From an archaeon (GTDB lineage Archaea; B1Sed10-29; WALL01): DNA of 64,000 nt. The DNA is taken from positions 266 to 64,265 of the forward strand of contig JBHOSQ010000006.1 of the NCBI GenBank assembly GCA_042584585.1, read 5' to 3'. The notes under the pieces are model-generated. The model did no database searches and was not told where the DNA came from. It saw nothing but the letters and a program-made list of their open reading frames with translations. Position numbers and translations under genes: made by a program. Of this stretch, positions 18,034 through 23,806 are shown one piece after another. Numbering within the stretch: the stretch's first letter is position 1; each line of letters opens with the position of its first letter.

Positions 18034-18693
18034 TTATCTTGCGGGCTTGAACCCAATGACACACGGGCTGGTTGTGTTTATGGGGCAGTAAGCCCATATC
18101 TTTCCATCTGTATCATTGGTTACTTCTAGTTCTTGGGGCGTGCATTGGAACGAGTCTTGTGGGAAGTAGTATCCCTCGCACTTGCCGTCCACGTCGTTCA
18201 CTCCCGCGCAGCAGAACTGCACGTAACCTGGCTTAAGCCCAACTATATGGGCCGCTACGTCTGCGGTGTACTCCTCGGCTTCACTGAAGAGAACCACTTG
18301 GGGAGACAACGAACCCAATCCCCCTTCACCCACGTGGTTTAGTTCTTGCTTTATTACGTTGATTGGGTCTTGGTCATAAAAAGAGGAGGATGATGGGAAT
18401 ATGGCAGCGAATACAACTGTTGAGAGAAGCATGGTGATCACTATGATTGACAAGCGTTTGATGTGGGCATCCATGGGCTTGTGGAGAACTCTTTCCGCTA
18501 TTTTAAGTGCGACGAGCAGGACTATTGCGATAGCGATGTATGCCGCGTCTAGCATTAAGGCCGCTTCCATGTCCAGCCAAACACTTGTACTAAGGCCTCC
18601 GCTTATGAAGAATGCCACGAACACCCCCACGACTACAAGGGCTAGTTTGTTAATGATTGCGTTGATGCCTTCCCAGTCCATACCCCCAAACAC
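18034..18693 (-). CDS. membrane protein with C-terminal Cys-rich domain (paralog family with 20148 and 20552)
   Basis: Three N-terminal TM helices. The C-terminus FCCAGVNDVDGKCEGYYFPQDSFQCTPQELEV...AYCP...CVIGFK is shared with the two lipoproteins at 20148-20965. Confidence 0.6.
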   Translation of the reverse strand: MFGGMDWEGINAIINKLALVVVGVFVAFFISGGLSTSVWLDMEAALMLDAAYIAIAIVLLVALKIAERVLHKPMDAHIKRLSIIVITMLLSTVVFAAIFPSSSSFYDQDPINVIKQELNHVGEGGLGSLSPQVVLFSEAEEYTADVAAHIVGLKPGYVQFCCAGVNDVDGKCEGYYFPQDSFQCTPQELEVTNDTDGKIWAYCPINTTSPCVIGFKPAR

Positions 18694-18735
18694 TCGCCCA
18701 AAACACTTAAATCTACCGCCTGCTTATTGCCAGTG

Positions 18736-18792
18736 ATGCCCACTTGGAGCCACTCCTGCATATCCACGTACGAGTCCTGTCCCCTCAACTTC
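18736..18792 (+). pseudogene. orphan promoter plus 5' fragment (19 codons) of the nuclease gene
   Basis: Encodes MPTWSHSCISTYESCPLNF and is then joined to H hairpin 1. Confidence 0.8.
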
Positions 18793-18848
18793 AGCTTAAA
18801 CTAAGCTGGCACGTTAGGCTTGGGAGCCTAAAGGCTCCCAGAGGCAGG
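18792..18848 (+). repeat. H element copy J
   Basis: cagcttaAACtaagctg-GCACGTTAGGCTT-gggagccTAAAggctccc-AGAGGCAGG. Confidence 0.8.
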
Positions 18849-18857
18849 GAAAAGGCT

Positions 18858-19214
18858 TTAGGGCGCAACGTATTTTGTTTGTATTCCTGTTGGTTGGCCG
18901 GGATTTTGTTGGGTATGGAACACGATTAGTTGTATTCCTTGGTCTATTGCGTCTTGAGTAATCAGGGAGAGCTCTTCTTGTGTTGCGCTCTTTTTGTTGT
19001 GGAGTATTCTCAACAAGCCGTTTTCTTGGAGCTGACCGACCGGCCAATTGTTTTTCTTGATGAGTGGCCAGAGTTCCTGCGTCCCGCCGAAGTCACTGAT
19101 GAATAGTGTTTTGGTGCCGGCCTTGCTTGCGGTGACTGCTTGGCCAAACGCGTCTTCTAGTGTTGACGAGGGCGCGGCTGCCGGCTTTGGCTTCAGGAAG
19201 TCAAGGAGTCCCAT
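18858..19214 (-). CDS. hypothetical protein
   Basis: Track ORF of 118 aa. No domain recognised. Confidence 0.55.
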   Translation of the reverse strand: MGLLDFLKPKPAAAPSSTLEDAFGQAVTASKAGTKTLFISDFGGTQELWPLIKKNNWPVGQLQENGLLRILHNKKSATQEELSLITQDAIDQGIQLIVFHTQQNPGQPTGIQTKYVAP

Positions 19215-19240
19215 GGTTTTTGGCTAAGCGCTTGTGGTAT

Positions 19241-19750
19241 TTAAGCGAGGTATGCCCAGGCCACTGCGATTAGCATTGTTACGTCCATTACGCGAATGAA
19301 TTTGTTCATTGCCGGGCGGTATTCGTGGATTGCTTCTACGTTGAGGCCTATCATGTCGACTATCCACCTGGCGGAGGCCGCGATGAGGAAGAGTTGTCCC
19401 ATTCCGGGGAGCGAGGTGAGTGCGAGGCCGCCGGGGGGCTGGCCGGGGAAGGGCAACATCATTGCGGCGACCCAGGCGTCGAAGTAGTACAGCATCGCGA
19501 GGCCCATTCGCATGAAGCCCCATTTTTTGGCGATTACGTTGCCCAACAATGAGTTGACTATGAACAGGAACAATGCGAGTATGGCTATGTGTTCGACGTA
19601 TCCCGTGAAGTATTCCGCGAGGATGGACACGCCCCAGAACAGGAATATGGCGAGGGCCAGGAACGTGATTTGCTTGTCGCCGTAGGCCTTTCTCCACAGT
19701 GCCCCATGCACATCAGGAGGGAGTATGCGGTAGCCTTTCTTCTTGGCCAT
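19241..19750 (-). CDS. polytopic membrane protein
   Basis: 169 aa with 4-5 hydrophobic helices. The overlapping R-rich ORF 19224..19697 is rejected. Confidence 0.6.
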   Translation of the reverse strand: MAKKKGYRILPPDVHGALWRKAYGDKQITFLALAIFLFWGVSILAEYFTGYVEHIAILALFLFIVNSLLGNVIAKKWGFMRMGLAMLYYFDAWVAAMMLPFPGQPPGGLALTSLPGMGQLFLIAASARWIVDMIGLNVEAIHEYRPAMNKFIRVMDVTMLIAVAWAYLA

Positions 19751-19791
19751 GCCTCGAAAAACGCTTCCAAAACACTTAAATCTATCCCCCG

Positions 19792-19847
19792 CAGCTTAAA
19801 CTAAGCTGGCACGTTGTCCGTGCCGGCTTGCGGGGCCAGCGGACTAA
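19792..19847 (+). repeat. H element copy K (GTCCG...CGGAC subtype)
   Basis: cagcttaAACtaagctg-GCACGTT-gtccgtgccggcttgcggggccagcggac-TAA. Confidence 0.75.
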
Positions 19848-19876
19848 GGTTTTTTATTCTCCGGGCGCTTTGAGAG

Positions 19877-20143
19877 TTGATAATGGTGCTCATTCCAGGG
19901 GACACAACACCAATAACTGTCTCAGCTGTATCGCTCTTGGGGTTGGTTTTGCCTTTCGTGGTTTTGATTTATGCTTACTTTCGTGTTTCCAAAGGAAAAA
20001 TAAATCTCCTCAAAAAGATGACGCCCATACAACTCGGGATACTGCTCCTTTTGATAGTGTGGTTTTGTGTCACCCTAATCTCAGTAATCACCCCGTTTTT
20101 CCGTATTGCGGTGATGGGTAGCCCCTTAGTGTTTACATGGTGA
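19877..20143 (+). CDS. small membrane protein
   Basis: 88 aa with 3 hydrophobic segments. The ATG is 29 nt after TATA ggttttttattc. Confidence 0.5.
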   Translation: MIMVLIPGDTTPITVSAVSLLGLVLPFVVLIYAYFRVSKGKINLLKKMTPIQLGILLLLIVWFCVTLISVITPFFRIAVMGSPLVFTW

Positions 20144-20147
20144 AGAA

Positions 20148-20555
20148 ATGAAACGAATCGCTTTGCTCGCAATCGTGACTCTTGTCGTGCTGGCGGGATG
20201 CTTAGAGACTACATGTTGTGCGTCGACAGCTGCCTACATGGGTAATGAAGTGCAGCAAGTAGACGTCAATCAAAAAAGTATCAGTTCCGTGATTATTGTA
20301 TTTGGTGAGGGTGACACATACACTACAGAACAAGTGGCGTTTGAAGCCAATCGTGAAGGAGAACAAGTGTTGTTTTGTTGTGTTGACTCGCCAGAAGAAA
20401 AATGCGCTGGTTACGAATTCCCGAGCAGTGAATTTGACTGCACCCCAGAAAAAGTCGTGGTAAAAACAGAAACACAAGGCAACATAATGGCCTACGCCGG
20501 CTCTCAAGAACAAGGAACACGCTACTTTTTGGTTGGCATTAAGGTGGTTTCATGA
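20148..20555 (+). CDS. lipoprotein with Cys-rich C-terminal domain
   Basis: MKRIALLAIVTLVVLAGC lipobox. C-terminus LFCCVDSPEEKCAGYEFPSSEFDCTPEKV. It overlaps the next gene by 4 nt (ATGA). Confidence 0.6.
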   Translation: MKRIALLAIVTLVVLAGCLETTCCASTAAYMGNEVQQVDVNQKSISSVIIVFGEGDTYTTEQVAFEANREGEQVLFCCVDSPEEKCAGYEFPSSEFDCTPEKVVVKTETQGNIMAYAGSQEQGTRYFLVGIKVVS

Positions 20556-20965
20556 TATCCAACGCCTTGCTTTTCATTGTTGTTCTGGCCATGCTGGTGG
20601 GTTGCTTGACCCCGCTTTCAACTAACCACAGCCCGATTGTCATGATGGGGCAGGGGCTTAATTTAATCAAGAAGGGTGGGGCAGTCACCATATCGGATTT
20701 GTCTGCCGAATTCATTGAAGGCGGGATTTATGCTGCGGACGCGGCTGCCAGTGAAGCGGTTGGATTGGCTAACGGCAGCGTGTCTTTTTGTTGCCAATTC
20801 ACTCAAGAAGAAAAATGCAGTGGGTTTGAGTTCCCAGAAGATACTTTCGACTGCCAGCCAAGCACGCTAACAGCAAAGAAAACAATACAAGGCAGGATTA
20901 TGGCCTATTGCCGAAAAACCAAGGAAGACTGCTTCATTGGATTCAAATCAGTGGAGGGCGTCTAA
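20552..20965 (+). CDS. lipoprotein with Cys-rich C-terminal domain
   Basis: MISNALLFIVVLAMLVGC lipobox. C-terminus SFCCQFTQEEKCSGFEFPEDTFDCQPSTL...AYC...CFIGFK. Confidence 0.6.
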   Translation: MISNALLFIVVLAMLVGCLTPLSTNHSPIVMMGQGLNLIKKGGAVTISDLSAEFIEGGIYAADAAASEAVGLANGSVSFCCQFTQEEKCSGFEFPEDTFDCQPSTLTAKKTIQGRIMAYCRKTKEDCFIGFKSVEGV

Positions 20966-20984
20966 TGCCTACCTGGTCCCACTC
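20965..20984 (+). pseudogene. shortest 5' fragment (20 nt) of the nuclease gene
   Basis: ATGCCTACCTGGTCCCACTC overlaps the TAA stop of gene 20552..20965 (TAATG) and is joined to H hairpin 1. Confidence 0.6.
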
Positions 20985-21038
20985 AGCTTAAACTAAGCTG
21001 GCACGTTGTCCGTGGCCCCTGCGGGGCCAGCGGACTAA
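20984..21038 (+). repeat. H element copy L (GTCCG...CGGAC subtype)
   Basis: cagcttaAACtaagctg-GCACGTT-gtccgt-ggccccTGCggggcc-agcggac-TAA. Confidence 0.75.
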
Positions 21039-21072
21039 ACACTTTTTATAGGTGGAAAGTGTTGTGGGGGAT

Positions 21073-21378
21073 ATGAACCTAAAGCAAGTCTTGAAGCCAC
21101 GAAAAGGCAGTTTAAAGGTCCTCCTCGTCTTGTTTGTAGTCTTAGTAATTCTGACAATGTACTCCTTTGTGGGACGGAGCTATTCGATACTGGCCCCCTT
21201 CCCCATGATAAGCCAGACTTGTGGTGTAATAGACCCCGTTTGTGCCGTTGAAATTAGCTGGCTTGGGATTATTGGCAGCCTGATAATTTGGATTCTGGTT
21301 TATGTCGCGTCATCCTACTTCTTTTACCAAAAAGAAAAAAAGACGCTGTCTATTGTGAAAAGCACATTCGAAAAATAA
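21073..21378 (+). CDS. small membrane protein
   Basis: ATG 21073 is 30 nt after TATA ctttttatagg. Two or three TM helices. Confidence 0.5.
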   Translation: MNLKQVLKPRKGSLKVLLVLFVVLVILTMYSFVGRSYSILAPFPMISQTCGVIDPVCAVEISWLGIIGSLIIWILVYVASSYFFYQKEKKTLSIVKSTFEK

Positions 21379-21401
21379 GTTGGCAGTGCATAGTCGTTGT
21401 A
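21378..21401 (+). repeat. distant copy of the 23S 3'-trailer processing-stem half
   Basis: agttggcagtgcatagtcgttgta is identical over 24 nt to 35165-35188 and near-identical to the functional stem half at 35329-35354. Confidence 0.8.
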
Positions 21402-21404
21402 AAT

Positions 21405-21460
21405 CAGCTGAAACTCAGCTGGCACGTTAGACTTGGGAGCCTAAAGGCTCCCAGAGGCAG
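21405..21460 (+). repeat. H element copy M
   Basis: cagctgaAACtcagctg-GCACGTTAGACTT-gggagccTAAAggctccc-AGAGGCAG. Confidence 0.8.
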
Positions 21461-21499
21461 CAAAAACCTTTTTATCCTTCCACTGCCTATTCTTTGTTA

Positions 21500-22615
21500 A
21501 TGCCGGGAAAAGAGCTGGAGGAGCGGGCGCCTTTCGACAGGGACAAGTTCTTGTTGAAGATGGGCAAGAAGTCTGCTAGGGACGTCAAGAAATTGATGAG
21601 CGCCAAGCCTCCGGAACTCAAGTCATTGGACCCCGAGTTGAAGAAGCTTGTTGAGGAGCGGATGAAGACCCCTCTCAGCGCGTTTGACCTTAAGTACCGG
21701 TTGTTTGGGGTAGGGAACTACGGCAAGAAGTACAAAAAAGAACAAGTCGGTAGGTACAAGCTTGAGTCCCAAGCAATGTTTATCGCGGGCCAGTTGCACC
21801 TCAAGGACGAGCCGCTTGACGCGCTGTACAGTTATTTTTGGCCTGTTGCCCAGGCGCACTTGAGTATGCCTGAGTACAAGATGCCGGGGGGCATTGGCCG
21901 CAGGAGCCTTAGGGTGGCCAAGCTTATTTCGAAGGCATGGGTTCATTCGCACGCGTTTGATTACGCCAATCTTGAGTTGAAGGACTTCAAGCCGTTTTAT
22001 GGTGGCCACGAGACGCGGACCGTATGGTCTGCGTTGGGCGTGGACATTTTGGGGCGGGCTGGTGACGTGGAAGACATTCCTGCGCTTGACCAGATTTCCG
22101 AGAAGTGTTGGGAGGGCTCGATGGAAGGTGATTGTGGTGCGGCTCGCCGCAAGATTATTTCGAGGGCTGCGCTGAAGGCCACGCTGGACCGTGAGCAGTT
22201 GGAAAAGGTGGGGTTGAAGACGAAGTTGAGTGACGTGCACTTGATTGACAAGCTTGTTCCGTTGATGAACGTTAGTGGGTTGTCGTATGTTTTGCAGGCG
22301 TTTCCGGGGATGAAGGGCATGGCTCGGCTGTCAACGAATCCTGTGGAGGCTTCGTTGGAGGCAAAGGAAATCAAGAAGATTGTTCAGAAGGGTGTGGGCC
22401 GGGAGTTTGAGTTCAAGCCAGGAATGTTTGCTGAGGGCGAGGAGTACGCGTACTACGGGTCCGCACAGTCGTTTGCCGAGGAACACGGCCTGATAAAAGA
22501 CACCGGCAGAAAAGAATACCGCTCCAGCAGAAAGTTCTTCAAGTTCACGCCCAAAGGCAAAAAATTCATCAAGGCCTTGTTCAAAGGGCTGAAAGACATA
22601 CAAATCAAGTTCTAG
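21500..22615 (+). CDS. hypothetical protein
   Basis: 371 aa with a consensus promoter upstream. I recognise no recombinase or nuclease motif. It lies directly upstream of the nuclease gene. Confidence 0.6.
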   Translation: MPGKELEERAPFDRDKFLLKMGKKSARDVKKLMSAKPPELKSLDPELKKLVEERMKTPLSAFDLKYRLFGVGNYGKKYKKEQVGRYKLESQAMFIAGQLHLKDEPLDALYSYFWPVAQAHLSMPEYKMPGGIGRRSLRVAKLISKAWVHSHAFDYANLELKDFKPFYGGHETRTVWSALGVDILGRAGDVEDIPALDQISEKCWEGSMEGDCGAARRKIISRAALKATLDREQLEKVGLKTKLSDVHLIDKLVPLMNVSGLSYVLQAFPGMKGMARLSTNPVEASLEAKEIKKIVQKGVGREFEFKPGMFAEGEEYAYYGSAQSFAEEHGLIKDTGRKEYRSSRKFFKFTPKGKKFIKALFKGLKDIQIKF

Positions 22616-22623
22616 TGCCCCGC

Positions 22624-22640
22624 AACCCTTTTATCCCTCC
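22624..22640 (+). promoter_or_regulatory. BRE/TATA promoter of the intact nuclease gene
   Basis: aacccttttatccctcc, with ATG 22658 29 nt after the TATA start. The same promoter-leader-ATG architecture is seen in the orphan fragments. Confidence 0.65.
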
Positions 22641-22657
22641 ACCGCGTAAAACCGTTG

Positions 22658-23806
22658 ATGCCTACCTGGAGCCACTCCCGCATTTCGACGTACGAGTCCT
22701 GTCCCCTTAAATTCTTTTATTCTTACGTCGAGAAGCCGGATGTTGAGGAGGTATTGGGGGACAATATCGCTCTTGTGCTGGGCAAGAGCTGTCACGAGGC
22801 GCTTGAGTGGCTGTACAAAGAGCTGTCCATGGGCGGGGAGCCCACTCTGGACGACGCTATCGACTATTATACCCAATCCTGGGGCAAGATGTGGACCCCT
22901 GACGTCATTATCCCCAACCACGACGAAAAGACGTGGAAAAGCCTTGGGGTGCGGTACCTTGGCGACTTTTACAACAGGCATTCGCCGTTCATCGAGGACC
23001 GGACGGTTGCCCTCGAGAGAATGATTCGCCTTAAGCTCGGCAAATACAGCTTAATCGGCTATATTGACCGTATTGCCGAGGCTGGTCCCGGCCATTACAA
23101 GGTCATTGACTACAAAACGAATAAGTGGCTGGCGCCCCAGGAAAAGTTTGATTCCGACAGGCAGTTGGCGCTGTACGAGTTGGGGGTTCGTCAAATGTTT
23201 CTTGACGCCAAGAAAGTTGATTTGGTGTGGGAAATGCTTCACTTCAACAAGACCATTGTTTCGCATCGTTCTCCGGCGCAGCTCGCGGAACTGAAGCGCG
23301 ACACCATTGCTATTATACAAGAAATCGAGGAATGCGAAGACTACCCGGCCAAAACCAGTAAGTTGTGTGACTGGTGTTCGTTCCAGGAGATTTGTCCGAA
23401 GAAGAAGCACGAGCGCGCGACCACGCGCATGACGGTACGCGAGTTCCGCAAGGACGAGGGTGTGAAGGTCGCGAACAAGTTTGTGCAGACAAAGCTGAAG
23501 CTGGACGAGTGGGGGTTGAAGACCAACGAGGCGCGGAAGGACGTGTTGGCTTACAGCGAACAGCAGGATACTGCGAGAGTCATTGGGTCGAAGGCGGCTG
23601 TGTCGGTAAGCACGATGAAGAGGGTCTCATTCGACCCGAAGGTTGAGAAGCTGCTGAAGAAAGAGGGGTTGTGGGAGAGGTTTAGTAGGTTGGATAGTGG
23701 GGCTTTGGTTAAGGCGCTGGATGAGTTGGAGCCAAAGCTGAAGAAGAAGCTGGAGAAGCTTGAGGAGAGTAAAGAATCTTTGTCTGTGAGGGTTGTTAAG
23801 AAATAG
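22658..23806 (+). CDS. Cas4/RecB-like PD-(D/E)XK nuclease with predicted 4-Cys (Fe-S) cluster
   Basis: N-terminus MPTWSHSRISTYESCPLKFFY (first Cys). GYIDRI...YKVIDYKT is the D...(D/E)xK motif. QLALYELG is the QxxxY motif. C-terminal CDWCSFQEIC is CxxCx5C. The ATG is 29 nt after the promoter motif. No cas genes are nearby. Confidence 0.85.
   Translation: MPTWSHSRISTYESCPLKFFYSYVEKPDVEEVLGDNIALVLGKSCHEALEWLYKELSMGGEPTLDDAIDYYTQSWGKMWTPDVIIPNHDEKTWKSLGVRYLGDFYNRHSPFIEDRTVALERMIRLKLGKYSLIGYIDRIAEAGPGHYKVIDYKTNKWLAPQEKFDSDRQLALYELGVRQMFLDAKKVDLVWEMLHFNKTIVSHRSPAQLAELKRDTIAIIQEIEECEDYPAKTSKLCDWCSFQEICPKKKHERATTRMTVREFRKDEGVKVANKFVQTKLKLDEWGLKTNEARKDVLAYSEQQDTARVIGSKAAVSVSTMKRVSFDPKVEKLLKKEGLWERFSRLDSGALVKALDELEPKLKKKLEKLEESKESLSVRVVKK

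Noticed and set aside
3894-21460. H elements as a CRISPR array
   Set aside because: Spacing is irregular (0.1-3 kb) and the intervals contain complete genes. The repeats vary in length and sequence, and no cas genes other than a solitary Cas4-like nuclease are present.
3894-21460. H elements as canonical integron attC sites
   Set aside because: GCACGTTAGGC contains GTTAGGC, which fits the attC R' core GTTRRRY, and its complement GCCTAAC fits RYYYAAC. However, I cannot find the matching inverse core at the other end of the element in the expected geometry. No IntI-like gene is visible, and the hairpins are short and perfect rather than bulged. I keep it only as an analogy. A dedicated attC model search would settle it.
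21623-22374. Minus-strand ORFs 21623..22240 and 21997..22374
   Set aside because: They are antisense to 21500..22615, which has the consensus promoter at the right distance.
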